This document shows positions 1-13,600 of a stretch of DNA of 64,000 bases, in pieces (within the stretch, counting starts at the first letter, position 1; every line of letters starts with the position of its first letter). The position numbers and the translations under genes are program-made. The stretch spans positions 13,101,357-13,165,356 of the forward strand of contig NC_057752.1 in NCBI RefSeq assembly GCF_004010195.1, read 5' to 3'. This DNA is from Chiloscyllium plagiosum. Lineage: Eukaryota. A model generated the notes under the pieces. That model was given only the letters and a program-made list of their open reading frames with translations, did no database searches and was not told where the DNA came from.

Positions 1-165
1 GAGGGAGTGAGAGGGAGAAGGAGGGAGTGAGTGAGTGGGAGAGGGAATGAGAGGGAGAGGGAGTGGGAGATGGAGAGGGAGTGGGAGAAGGAGGAGAGGG
101 AGTGAGAGGGTGAGGGAGTGAGTGAGAGAGGGTGAGGGAGTGAGAGGGAAATGGAGAGGGAGTGA
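1..165. repeat. GA-rich polypurine low-complexity repeat
   Basis: Runs of gagggagtga/gagggaga. Confidence 0.9.
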
Positions 166-1679
166 GCCGGTGGTATGCAAAGCGATTAAGTAGCTTATTA
201 TTCACACTGGTAGCTGCACAATTGGTCTTCGCTGTTCATCATTTTCAAATTTTTTTTGTCTTTTATGTCCCAAGATACGTTATTGATGCAATCAATCACA
301 TTGAATCGCTTTGCATTTTGAAATTTCTGCTTGCGGCGTAATTAAAATTTTCCAAACTTCCCATTGGCCCTCTGTATTTTTCTCGTGAACGTGGTTGGGC
401 TAAAAACTCTGTGCCTCAATAAACTACAGGCTGTGAGGGTTAGCCTGTGCTGCCAGTGTCCACAAAACTGCCAGTGCCTCGATTGCTCCAGGAATGGAGT
501 AAATTCATAGTAAATTTACCCTGTGTCGCAGTAACTGAACTCTGATCTTTCTCTGCTCCCTGAGCTGTCAGGATAAAAGATTTCACTGGCCAATTTTCCT
601 GGATTGTCTTGTTGTCACTGTGAACTAATCTCCAGACCCTGCTGTAAGGAAAACCTCAGAAGGAGAAACATCGGGGGCAACAGAAAAAGAAGTTGAAGTT
701 TTATCCTCATTTTCCTTGAATATTTTTTCTTGGTAATTGCCAAAAACATCAAAGATGATGGGAGTATAAGGTCTTACCAGGAATAGAGAATCAACCAAAC
801 CAATCACAAAGTTTTTCCTCATTGTCCAGTTACCTGAAGGCTAACAGGATGCCGTCAAGAAAGCAGGAGCATTGTGGGGAGGATGCAGTTGGCTGGAGGT
901 CATGTGATGGCATCTCCAGGCCCACGAAGAGTTGGTAACCCTTGACCACGACAGAGAAAATGAGGACAACTATTTGGTGAAATGATCGTAGTTTTAAGCA
1001 GAGACCATGTGACTCACTTCAGTGGGTGACACCAATCACAGGCAAAAAGCAGGATCTTGCAAATCTGCCATCTGCTGGTGGAGAAAGTAGGAGCAGGAGT
1101 AGGTCATTCTGCCTTTCAAATCTGATCTGCCATTTAATAGAATCATGGCTGATCCAACTCCTGGTCCTGTCATTCCTTGGAAACATGTAATATTTTGGCC
1201 TCAACCATCCCACTGTCTGGGTGAAAACGTTACTCTTCGGTTTCTCCCACGACAGATGTGAAAAAGGGGCTGAGTGCAAGAGTGCCACTTTGTGGCCATA
1301 GCAACTGGGGTGAAAATAAAATCACCTCCCTTCCTCCTTTACAATGGATCAGTTTGCATTTGTCAAGCAGATGAGGATGGCGCATAATCTCAAAACACTT
1401 CACGTGCCATCATTATTCTTGAAACGCGGTGACATTTGTGGGCACCCAGCAACAAACAAGAATGGGATTTGGCTGCTGTTTGTAATGTGGTCAAGACTAC
1501 CCCTAACCCCTACTCACATCTTAGGATCGCTCACATCCACCTAATAACTCAATCTATCAGCACCTCTGACCACAGAATGCTTTTTCTACACTGCTTAGAA
1601 CTGCCCTTAGCCACATCTAGATTCTCAACTGAGCACATGCACCATGTGGGGCAATGCCAAAAGAAAAAAGCTGATACTT

Positions 1680-2535
1680 AGAGTCATGGAGGTGTACAGC
1701 ACGGAAACAGACCCTTTGGACCAACTTGTGCATTACTAAATTACTCTTAGTCCCATTGGGCCCCTATCCCTCTAAACCCTTCCTATTCATATACCCATCC
1801 AAGTGTTGTAATTGTACCAGCCTTCACCACTTCCTCTGGCAGCTCATTCCAAAAACGCACCACCCTCTGTGTGAAAACATTGCCCCTTAGGTCCCTTTTA
1901 TATCTTTCCCCTCTCACCCTAAACCTATGTGCTCCAGTTCCGGGCTCCCCCACCTCAGGGAAAAGACTTTGTCTATTTACCCTATCCAAGCCCCTCATGA
2001 TTTTATAAACCTCTATGAGGTCACCCCTCAGCCTCTGACACTCCAGGGCAAACAGTCCCAGCCTGTTCAGCCTCTCCCTATAGCTCAAACCTTCCAACCC
2101 CGGCAACATCCTTGTAAATCTTTTCTAAACCCTTTAGTATAGCAGGGAGACCACAATTGAACACAATATTCCGAAAGTGGCCTCACCAATGTCATACAGT
2201 CATACAGCACGGAAACAGACCCTTCGGCCCAACCAGTCCATGCCGACCATAATCCCAAACTAAACTAGTCCCACCTGCCTGCTCCTGGCCCATATCTCTC
2301 CAAACCTTTCCTATTCCTGTACTTATCCAAATGTCCTTTAAATGTGCCTACATCCACCATTTCCTCGGGAAGTTTATTCCACATGTGAGCCACCCTCTGT
2401 GTAAAACGATTGCCCCCATGTCTTTTTTAAATCTCTCTCTTTGCACCTTAAAAATGTGCCTCCTCATCTTGAAATGCCCCATCCTAGGGAAAAGACACCT
2501 GCCATTAACCCTGTCCACTCCCCTCATGATTTTAT
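1680..2535 (-). mobile_element. Two adjacent 5'-truncated CR1/HER1-type LINE 3' fragments (about 1680-2190 and 2190-2535)
   Basis: ORF 1783..2109 (LSYRERLNRLGLF...RLRGDLIEVYKIM...WNELPEEVV) is the CR1 ORF2 C-terminus. Two separate 3' tails (gtacagcacggaaacagacc; atacagcacggaaacagacc). Confidence 0.85.
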
Positions 2536-3044
2536 GGCAATGGTGCCAAATGCTTCCTTCACTACCCTGTCCAGCCGAGCCTCCAGTTTGGAGTGGTGTT
2601 GCTGGGATTGACATGGGCACCCTCCAAGGAGGATGTGTGTTGGAGCTCTGAAGAAGAAGAGGAAAAGCAAGCTGCTGGTTCAGAAGCAGCAAACTCAGAA
2701 CCCACTCAGACCAAGCCAGCATCTCTGTTATCAGATTAGGGAGCTTCAAAGTCAAATTGTCAACGCCATTCTGGAAATCACTTGGCAGGGCGGAACAAGA
2801 TTCTGACTGGAAGAAAAGAGACTTGCCGTTGAAGCCTTTCTTCTTGCACTCATCAGGGCAGAATCACAACAATACAAAATCTTCAAGGGAACAACAGTTT
2901 ATATTGCCCAAGCAAAGGGTGCTGATTGGTTGATAAATCATCCTGATTGACTGAGGCATTGCCATGCAGCATACACCAGGGCTTGGTTGGTCATGGCTCC
3001 TCAGATACTGAAGCAGTCCATGTCCATATAAGGCTGTGAGGCAA

Positions 3045-3620
3045 GAAGATGTAGGAGCAGCAGGAGGCCATTCAGCCCATCCAGTCTGCTCCACCATTCA
3101 GATGAGGTCATAGCTGATCTGATAATCCCCAACTCCACTTTCCTGTCTTTTTCCCATAACCCTCCATTCCCCTTCCTGATTAAAAATCCCTCTGTCTCAG
3201 CCTTCAATATACTTACTTATCCCCGACAGCCCTTTGTGGGAAAGAATTCCACAGATTCACTCCATCTGAGAGAAGAAATTCCTGAAGAACGTCCTGGATG
3301 TTTGTGAGTATAATGCCAATCAATTGGGATGCTTTGTTCTAGATGGTGTCAACGTTTCTACATCTCCCCTGTCAATCCCCCAGGGAATCTTGGATTTTCT
3401 ATAAGGTCACCTCTCATTCTTCTAAACCCCAATGAGTCCAGGCCCAACCTCCTCAACCTCTCCTCATGGGACAGTCCCTCCATACCTGGGATCAGCCGAG
3501 TGGACCTTCTCTGGACAGCCTCTGTCTTTCCTCAGATAAAGAGACCCAAAACTGTTCACAGTGTTCCAGCTGTGGTCTGACCAGTGTCTTGTATAGTTTT
3601 AGCAAAATCCTCCCTATTTT
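3045..3620 (-). mobile_element. CR1 LINE 3' fragment
   Basis: LYKTLVRPQLEHCEQFW in ORF 3492..3680. Tail gtaggagcagcaggaggccattcagccc. Confidence 0.8.
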
Positions 3621-3637
3621 TATTGGCCCAGTGAGAA

Positions 3638-4430
3638 CCGGACAATATCCAGGCTTGGGCCAATAGGTGACAAGGAGCATTCAGAGCACGCAAGTGCCAG
3701 GTGGTCACAGTCTCCAATAAGAGGCAATCTAACCACTGACCCTTGACATTCAATGGCGTTACTTTCACTGATTTCCCTACTATCAATATCCTGGGGGTTA
3801 CCACTGATCAAAAACTGAACTCACCATATAAACACAGTGGCTACAATAGCAGGTCAGAATCAAGGAATCCTGCAGCAAGTAACTCACCACCTGTCTCCCC
3901 AGGCCCTGTCCCACCATCTACAAGGCACAAGTCAGGAGTGAGCTGGACTACTTCCCACTTGCCTGGACGGGTGCAGCCCCAACAACACTCAAGAAGCTCA
4001 ACACCATCCAGGACAAAGCAGCCGCTTGATTGGCACCACATCCACAAACATCCACTCCCTCCCCCACCGACGCTCAGTAGCAGCAGTGTGTCCCATCTAC
4101 AAGATGCCCTGCAGAAATTCACCAAAGATCCTCAGGCAGCACCTTCCAAACCCACCATCACTTCCATCTTGAAGGACAAGGGCAGCAGATACATGGGAAT
4201 ACCACCCCCTGAAAGTTCCCCTCCAAGCCCCTCACCATCCTGACTTGGAAATATATCGCCGTTCCTTCAGTGTCACTGGGTCAAAATCCTGGAATTCCCT
4301 CCCTCAGGGCATTGTGGGTCAACCCACAGCACATGGACTGCAGCGGTTCAAGATGGCTGCTCACTACCACCTTCTCAAGGGGCATCTAGGGGCGGGGTAA
4401 TAAATGCTGGGCCAGGCCACATCCCTAAAT
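3638..4430 (+). mobile_element. Second LINE lineage (CR1/L2-group) 3' fragment; shorter copy at about 33640-33920
   Basis: Broken frames read DNIQAW..KCQ..ISNKR..TFNG..TINILGVT.DQKLN..TIQDKAA..SKSWNSLP. 3' tail taaatgctgggc..ccacatccc. Confidence 0.75.
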
Positions 4431-5399
4431 GAGCCAAATCAAATTCCCAAGCTCACAGGAGTCCGAAGATTCATCTCCTTCTCTGTGCTGAGCTAACTCA
4501 GGCAGTTTGGGAATTGCACTTCTGCATTTAATTCCCAGTATCTCTGAACTGAAAGGAGAACAACTGCAGGGATACTGTTGGCCTCAAGGGCACTGTCCTA
4601 AGGTGGAGAAGATAAATCAGCTGCTCCTTCATATTCATATTTGAATGCTGGGCAAAAACAAAACTCGCTGTCTGTGTCTGCGATCCAGGCTGCTGGTAGT
4701 CAGCCTAGGCCCATGTGGAACCTGGGCGAACTCTCGACGAGCCATCACTGAACATGAGCCGCTGCTTTACGAGAGAATCTTAATGTTTTTGTTTCTTGAT
4801 TTATAGAAACAAACTGTGCTTATTTACTCTGAATAAAAAGCATTTGAAGAGTTGTGGGGTTTGATGCCCAGCCTGTAGTCAACCAGGCTGTCACTCATTT
4901 GGCTGTCTCATTTGTTAGCCTACCCACTGGGCAGTACGTGAAGCAGCCCTTCTCGCCGGTTGGCATGCGCACTTAGCTCAATCTGCAAAACGTAGTGCAA
5001 ACTTCTAATTCGATGCTGCCATTGTGCCTTCCTGCTGCTAGCGCAAGTACCTAGGATGCTTGGCACTGCATGTCGGGATGGAAATGCTGCCTGTATTTTG
5101 TGAAACGATTACCCGGCCGGTGAGCACCCAAAACAGAGGCCCCTGTATTTTGCGGCTGTATTTCATGGCCATCGTCTCTGTCCTGCCTCTTAGTTGCCTC
5201 ACATTCTGTATCAAACAGTCAACTCTTAAGTCTTCAAGAACATTAAATAGGCCCAACTCAGGAGTCAAATCTGATGTAAGACACAGTTGACCAGAACTGA
5301 CTGCAAGTGGGATAGTATTCAAGGTGCGAACACAGAGTGGGATCAACAGGCCCAAGTGTGATGACGAACAAGTGTGAACCTGGCAGTTCAGCGCAGGCA

Positions 5400-6670
5400 G
5401 CAGTTTGGTGCCTGTTGGACTATAGTGCAGTGGTTTGGTGCAGGTGGAAGCTTGGTGTTGGTGAGAATTTGATGTTTGTGTGGGTTTGGTGGCAGCAGAA
5501 GTTTGGTGTTACTGGGAGTTTAGTGTTGGTGAGAGTTTGATGTTAGTGAGAATTTGGTGTTGGTGAGGGTTCAGTGCCAGTGAGAGTTGGGTGTTCATGA
5601 GTATTTGGTGCCAGTGGGAGTTTGGTATTGGTGAGAATTTGGTGCCATTGGGAGTTTGATGTTAGTTGAAGTTTGGTGTTGGTGAGAATTTGGTGCTAAC
5701 GAGAGTGTTAGTGTGAGTTTGGTAGCAGTGGGCATTTGGTGTTGGGGAGAGTTTGATGTTAGTGGGAGTTTGATATTGTTGAGTATTTGGTAACATTGAG
5801 GGTTTGTTGCCAGTGGGAATTTGGTGCTGGTGCAAGTTTGATGTAGGTAAGAGTTTATTACCAATTGGAGTTTGGTGTTAATGTGAGTTTGGTACCAGTG
5901 CGCATTTGGTGTTAATGAGAGTTTGATGTTGGTGGGTATTTGGTGCTAGCGGGAGTTTGGTGTTAGTGGGAGTTTAGTATTAGTGAGAATTTGGTGCCAG
6001 TGGGAGTTTGGTATTGGTGAGAGTTTGATGTTGGTAGGAGTTTGGTGTTGGTGGGAATTTGGTGCCAGTGGAAATTTCATGTTGGTGAGAGTTGGGTCTT
6101 GGTGGGGATTTGGTACCAGTGGCAGTTTGGTGTTGGTGAGAGTTTGGAACCTGCGGGAGTTTAGTGTTGGTGAGAATTTGGTGTTAGTGGGAGTTTGATG
6201 TTGGTGAGAATTTGGTGCTAACGGGAGTTTGGTGTTGGTGCGAAGTTGGTGTTATTAGGAGTTTGGTGTTGGTTGGTTTTGGTGGGTGTTTGGTGCCAGT
6301 GAGAGTTTGGTGATGATTAGACTTTGGTGCTGCTGAGAGTTTGTTGCCAGTGGCAGTTTGACATTGCTGAGAATTTGGTGTTAGTGTGAATTTGGTGTTG
6401 GCGAGAGTTTGGTGCCAGTGGGAGTTTGGTGTTGGTGAGAGTTTGGTGCCAGTCGGAGTTCGGTGTTCATGGGAGATTGGTGTTGGTGAGAGTTTTGTGC
6501 CAATGGGAGATTGGTGTTGGTGAGAGTTTGGTGCCAGTAGGAGATTGGTGTAGGTGAGAGTTTGGTGCCGTTGGGAGTTTGGTGTTAGTTGGGGTTTGTT
6601 GTTAGTGAGAGTTTGGTGCTTGTGGGAGTTTGATGTTGGTGAGACGTTGGTGTTGGTGGGAGCGTGGTGG
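5400..6670. repeat. Degenerate GT-rich minisatellite, about 17-bp unit (gagtttggtgttggtga / gagtttggtgccagtgg)
   Basis: Visible periodicity, clearest at 6400-6600. Confidence 0.85.
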
Positions 6671-6899
6671 GGAAGGGAAACGAGCTTTTTTTATATACCT
6701 TATTTCATCCTCCACCCACTTGTGAACTTTTAGTGGCATTAATTAGGTGAGTGAGTCGGTAACCTTTTAGTGTGACCAATGACTTTATTCCCCCGTCTGC
6801 AGGCAGTTTAAGGTGGTACTCAGGAAATGTAAATATTATGTTCAATCTATTGCTTAGCTAGTTAAGCGACTGACTATGGCAATAGGTATTAGTTGAGCG

Positions 6900-8200
6900 A
6901 CATTTTGAACCTAGAACCGGATTAATTAAATAAAGCACGATGGAGGTGGAAGAGCAGTGGGTGATGTGTTGTAGCTGTAGGATGTGGGAGCTGCTGGACA
7001 CCAAAGTGAACCACCCAACCACACCCGGAGTAAGGGTTTATAGCTCAAGGACTTTGAGCACTGAGGTGATGAGCTAGAGTCTGAACTTCGGACACTGCAA
7101 TGCATCGAGGAATGGAGAAAGTGACCTGGAGATTTTATTCCAGGAGACAGTCCCAGGCTTAGGCTGGGTGCTTCTGATTTGGTCAGGGTCTGGCTGAGGC
7201 TGGTGTAAACAGTAAGAAAGACAGCTCAGGGTCCAGAGATAGCACTGAAGGAACCTCAGGCCCTGGAATTGTCCAACAGCTTGGAGGGTCTTGCTCCCTG
7301 TGCGGACGAGAGCTGGGACTACAGGGTGATTGAGTAAACTGGGGACAGCACCATTGTGCAAAGAGCCACTCCAGTCAGAGGAGGAATGCAGTTGTTGAAG
7401 GGATATTCAGTATATTTAGCAGGATCGATGAGACTGTGAACCTCGAAGGCTGTGTTGCCTGCCTGCTGCCAGGATTATGGACATCTTCTCCTGGATGAAG
7501 GGGTACTTGGGGTGAAAGCAAATTTATAAATACAAACATCAAAGCCAAGGCTCTAGGAGAGTACATTAGTGTGGGTGCAGAGTAATAGAGAGGAACTAAG
7601 TCTGCAATGGTCATAGTGCATCAAATAGGATTTTCCATCCAGGGGATAGCAATAAATAAAAATTGAAGTAATATTATCAGAATATGTGGAGCATTCGCAC
7701 AAACAGAAATGAAAGATTTCAATCTAATTGTCATTACAGAAACATGGTTACAAGGGGACCAAAGTTGGAAAATAAATATTTCAGAGTAAACAACATTTCA
7801 AAAAGACAAGCAGAATGGAAAAGGATGAAAAGATAGCCCTGATCCTAAAGATGGCATCAGGATGTTTGTAAGAAAGAGTCTTAACTCAGTCAGGAAGCAG
7901 AATCAGAAACAAAGGCAGAAATTGCTGGAAAAGCTCAGCAGGTTTGGCAGCATCTGTGAAGCAAAATTAGAGTTAACATCTGGGGTTGAATGACCCTTCC
8001 TCAGACCAGTATGGGTAGAGATTTAAGAATAACAAGGTCAGAAAATGATGGTGGAGGCAGGTTATCGGGCTCTGAATGGTTATGCCATTTGAAAGGGCAT
8101 TAAGCAATAAATTGTTTGGGTTTGTAACAAAGATGATTTAAAAGTCATGGGGGACTGCACTCTTCATGTAGACTGAACCAAACCAAAAGTGGTCTGGAAA
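6900..8200 (+). mobile_element. Decayed CR1 LINE 5' portion (ORF1 remnant and APE endonuclease start)
   Basis: tgtagctgtaggatgtgggag gives a C..C.MWE ORF1 motif. About 7720-7830 reads LIVITETWLQGDQSWKINI...FQKDKQNGKG (APE domain). Confidence 0.6.
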
Positions 8201-8399
8201 ATGTGAAGCAAAAACAGAAATTGTTGGTGAAACTCAGCAGGTCTGGCAGCATCGGTGGGATGAAAACAGAGTTAATGTTTTGAGACTGATGACTTTTCAT
8301 CAGAAAGGATAAAAGCAAGGAAAAAATGATATTTATGCTGAAGTATAGACTGGGAACAAGAGGAGAGCAGAAAGGTGGAGGTGGAGCCCAGAGAGAGCA

Positions 8400-9210
8400 A
8401 TAGAGTCATAGAGATGTACAGCACAGAAACAGACCTTTAGGTCCAACCCGTCCATGCCGACCAGATATCCCAACCCAATCTAGTCCCACCTGCCAGCACC
8501 CGGCCCATATCCCTCCAAACCCTTCCTATTCATATACCCATCCAAATGCCTCTTAAACATTGTAATTGTACCAGCCTCCATCACTTCCTCTGGCATAGGG
8601 TCATAGAGATGTACTGCACGGAAACAGACCTTTCGGCCCAATTCATCCATGCAACCAAATATCCTAAACTAATCTAGTCCCATTTGCCAGCACTTGGCCC
8701 TTCTCCTTCTAAACCTTTCCTATTCATATTCCCATTCTGATGTCTTTTAAATGCTGTAATTGTACCAGCTTCCACCACTTCCTCTGGAAGCTCATCCCAT
8801 ACACGTACCACCCTCTGCGTGAAAACGTTGTCCCTCTGGTCTCTTTTAAATCTTGCCCCTCTCACCTTAAACCTATGCCCTCTAGTTCTGGACTCCCCCA
8901 CCCCAGGGAAAAGTCCTTGTTATTTACCCTATCCATGCCCCTAATGATTTAATAAACTTCTATAAGGTCACCCCTCAGCCTCCGACGCTGCAGGAAAAAC
9001 AGCCCCAGCCTGTTCAGCCTCTCCCTGTAGCTCAAACCCTCCAACCCTGGCAACATCCTTGTAAATCTTTTCTGAACCCTTTCAAGTTGAACAACATCTT
9101 TCCGATAGGAAGGAGACCAGAATTGCACACAATATTCCAACAGTGGCCGAACCAATGTCCTGTACAGCCACAACATGACCACCCAACTCCTGTACTCAAT
9201 GCACTGACAA
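8400..9210 (-). mobile_element. Two stacked CR1/HER1 3' fragments (about 8400-8595 and 8596-9210)
   Basis: ORFs 8674..8901 and 8949..9419 (LYRTLVRPLLEYCVQFWSP). Two tcatagagatgtac tails. Confidence 0.85.
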
Positions 9211-9769
9211 ATAGGGAAAAGGTGAATTATGTGTGGCAGACATGACAGGAGAAGCTGAATAAGTGATACTGAGAGCTGAGGGTAGCAGAGAATGGATAAT
9301 CTGTGCTGAAAGTAAACCAGCTGAGAGTGAGTGGGAATGAGTTGAGTCCGAGGACTCAACATTGAGTTCAATACTTTTACAGCCTGATTCCATCCTTCCA
9401 TGGTTTTCCCACCCCACATCTGGTCTTGTCATGACATGGGTTGCTTTTAGTACAACCAACCCAGTCTCACCCACTGTCCGTGCAGTTATAAATCGTTTAA
9501 TAGACTGCAATCCTTATGAACATGCAAACGTACAAAATAGGAGCCGAAATAGACTATTTGGCCCCTCAATCCTGCTCTGTCACTCAGCAAGATCAAGGCT
9601 GATTGATTAGTGTATTGAATTCCACATTACCCATCTGCTAACTCCTGATAACCCTTGACCCCCTGACCAACAAGGATCTATTTACTTACTACTATTAGAT
9701 GGGGATTTGCTGAGATCACATCTGGAATACTGTGCACAGTCCTGTTCCGATCTCCATATTTAGAGAATA

Positions 9770-10627
9770 ATCTACTTGTATTGGGGGTGGGACAGGGACC
9801 ACATTCTGATCTCTGTATCTAAGGAGGGATCTACTTGTATCGGAGGGTGGGACGGGGACCACATTCTGATCTTTGTATCTAAGGAGGGATCTACTTGTAT
9901 CGGAGGGTGGGACGGGGACCACATTCTGATCTCTGTATCTAAGGAGGGATCTACTTGTATCGGGGTTGGGACAGGGACGACATTCTGATCTCTGTATCTA
10001 AGGAGGGATCTACTTGTATCGGGGATGGGCCGGGGACCACATTCTGATCTCTGTATCTAAGGAGGGATCTACTTGTATCGGGGGGTGGGACAGGGACCAC
10101 ATTCTGATCTCTGTATCTAAGGAGGGATCTACTTGTATCGGGGGTGGGCCGGGGACCACATTCTGATCTCTGTATCGAAGGAGGGATCTACTTGTATCGG
10201 GGGGTGGGACAGGGACGACATTCTGATCTCTGTATCTAAGGAGGGATCTACTTGTATCGGGGTTGGGACAGGGACCACATTCTGTTCTCTGTATCTAAGG
10301 AGGGATCTACTTGTATTGAAGGTGGGAAGGGGACCACATTCTGATCTCTGTATCTAAGGAGGGATCTACTTGTATCGGGGGGTGGGACGGGGACCACGTT
10401 CTGATCTCTGTATCTAAGGAGGGATCTACTTGTATCGGGGGGTGGGACAGGGACCACATTCTGATCTCTGTATCTAAGGAGGGATCTACTTGTATCGGAG
10501 GGGGGGACAGGGACCACATTCTGATCTCTATCTAAGGAGGGATCTACTTGTATCGGGGGTGAGGCAGGGACCACATTCTGATCTCTGTATCTAAGGAGTG
10601 ATTTTGCTTGTATCGGAGGTCGGACAG
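9770..10627. repeat. About 60-bp minisatellite, left block (about 14 units)
   Basis: Unit gggaccacattctgatctctgtatctaaggagggatctacttgtatcgggggtgggaca. Confidence 0.95.
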
Positions 10628-13600
10628 TGACCATGGGAGCAGAAATTAGGCCGTTCAGCCCATCAAGTCTGCTCCGCCATTCAATCATGGCTGATATGTT
10701 TTTCAACCCCATTCTCCTGCTTTCTCCCCGTAATCCTTGATCCCTTTGGTAATCAAGAACCTATCTATCTCTGTCTTAAATCTACTCAATGACCCGGCCC
10801 CCACAGCCTTCTGTGGCAATGAATTCCATAGATTCCCCACTCTCTGGTTGAAGAAGTTTCTACTTATCTCCATTCCCTTTACTCTAAGGCTGTGCCCTTG
10901 GGTCCTAGTCTCTCCTACCAATGGGAACATCTCCCCAACATCCACTCTGTCCAGGCCATTCAGTATTCTATATGTTTCAATTAGATCCCCCCTTATCCTT
11001 CTAAACTCCGAGTATAAACCCAGAGTTCTCAAACGTCCCTCATATGTTAAGCTTTTCATTCCTGGGACCATTCTTGTGAACCACCTCTGTTCTAGGGCCA
11101 GTACATCCTGAGATATAGGGTCCAAAACTGCGCACAATACTCCAAATGTGGTCTGACCAGAGCCTTATAGAGCCTCAGAAGTGCATCCCCACTTTTATAT
11201 TCAAGTCCTCTCAAAATAAATGCCATCATTGCATTTACTTCCTGACTACTGACTCAACTTGCAGGTTTACCTTGAGAGAATCCGGGACTAGAACTCCCAA
11301 GTCTCTTTGCACTTCAGACTTCTGAATTTTCTCCCCCTTTGGAAAATAGTCCATGCCTCTATTCTTCTGACCAAAGTGCATGACCTCACACTTTCCCATG
11401 TTGTATCCCACCTGCCACTTCTTTGCCCACTCTCCTACCCTGTCCAAATCCTTCTGCAGCCTCCCCACGTCCTCAACGCTACCTGTCCCTCTACCTATCT
11501 TTGTATCATCTGCAAACGTAGCCAGAATGCCCTCAGTTCCTTCATCGAGATTGTTAATGTATAAAGTGAGAAGTTGTGGTCCCAAGATTGAACCTTGTGG
11601 AACACCACTTGTCACCGGCTGCTATCCTGAGAAGGAACCTTTTATCCCCACTCTCTGCTTTCTGTCTGACAGCCAATCATCTATCCATACCAGCACCTTT
11701 CCTCTGACACCATGGGCCCTTATCTTACTCAGTAGCCTTCTGTGCAGCACCTTGTCCAAGGCCTTTTTGAAGTCCAGGTGGATAACATCCATTGGCTCTC
11801 CTTGGTCTAACCTGCTCGGTACTTCCTCAAAGAATTCTAGCAGATTTGTCAGGCATGACCTCCCCTTGATGAAACCATGCTGACTTTGCCCTATTTTACC
11901 ACATCCTTCCAAGTGTTCAGAAGTCTTAAGACGTATTAAGGGTGCGACTGTGGCTCAGTGGTTAGCACTGCTGCCTCACAGCACCAGGGACCCAGGTTCA
12001 ATTCCAGCCGAGGGTGATTGTCTGTGTGGAGTTTGCACATTCTCTCCGTGTCTGCCTGGGTTTGCTCCGCTTTCCTCCCACAATCCACTGATGTGCAGGT
12101 TAGCTGAATTGGCCATGCTAAATTGCCCGTAGTGTTCAAGGATGTGTACGTTAGGTGCCCTAGTCAGATGTAAATGTAGAGTGATGGGTTTGGGGCGATA
12201 CTCTTTGGAGGGTTGGTGTGGACTTGTTGGGCCGAAGGGCCTGTTTCTGCACAGTAGGGAGTCTAACTCTCATCCTTCACAATAGATTCCAGGATCTTAC
12301 CCATGACTGAGGTTAGGCTAATCAATCTGTAATTTTCCATCTTTTGCCTTACACCCTTTTTGAAACAGGATGTTACGTTAGTGATTTTCCATTCTCTGGG
12401 ACCCTCCCTGATTCTAGTCATTCCTGCAGGATCACCACTAATGCCTCCGCTATCTGTTCAGTTAACTCCCTTAGAACTCTGTGGTGTAGTCCATCTGGTC
12501 CAGGTGATATATCCACCTTCAGGCCATTCAGTTTTTCTAGCACCTTTTCCTTGGCGAGGGCCACCATACTCACCTCTGCCCCCTCACTCTCTTGAATTTT
12601 TGAGATATTACTCATGTCTTCCATCGAGAAGACTGATACAAAGTAATTATCAATTCCTCAGCCATTTCCTTGTTCCCCACTACTCTCTCTCCAGTGTCAT
12701 TTTCCACAGCCCAATCTCCACTTTTGCCTCTATTTTGCCCATTATATATCTAAAGAAACTCTTAGTCTTCCTTTATGTTACTGGCTAGCTTACCCTCATA
12801 TTTAATCTTCTCCCTCCTTATTTCTTTTTTTGTTGCTCTCTGTTGGTCTTTGTAAGCTTCCCAATCCTCTGGTTTCCCACTGCCCTTCACCACATTAATG
12901 CTTCTGCTTTTATGCTATCCCTGACTTCCCTTGTCAGCCATGATTGCCTCATCCTCCCTGTATTATGCTTCTTTCTCCTCGGGATGAATCTCTGCTGTCT
13001 CTCCTGAATTACTCCCAGAAATCCCTGCCATTGCTGTCCCACTGTCTTTCCTGCTGGGCTCCTCTCCCTCTATCCAGCTCCTCCCTCTTGCCTCTGTAGT
13101 TGCCTTTATTCAACTGTAATACTATTATCTCTGATTCTGTCTGCTCCCTCTCAAATTGCAGAGTAAATTCAATCACCCTATGATCACTGCCTCCTAAGGG
13201 TTCCTTCACCTTAAGCTCTCTTATCTAGTCTGCCTTATTGCACAACACTAAACCCAGTATTGCTTGTTCCCTAGTGGGCTCCAACATAAGCTGCTCCAAA
13301 AAGCCATCTCATAGACATTCCACAAAGTCGTTATCTTGCAATCCACTCCCCAGTCCACCTGCATATGGAAATCCCTATGATCACTGTAACTTTGCCTTTC
13401 TTATATATGTTTTCTATCGCCTGGTGTATGTTGTGCCCTAGCTCCTGATTACTATTTGGAGGCCTGTACATAACTCCAAGTATCATTTTTTTAACCTTTG
13501 TGGTTCCTCAATTCTACCCACATAGCATTCTACAGCATCTGACCCTTCTTTGTTTCATTTCTTAGTAATAAGGCAACCCCACCCCCTCTGCCCACCTCCC

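Noticed and set aside
9770..10627. Regular repeats resembling a CRISPR array (also 18471-19085 and 34535-35490)
   Set aside because: No unique spacers, no cas genes, vertebrate intron context. These are simple head-to-tail minisatellites.
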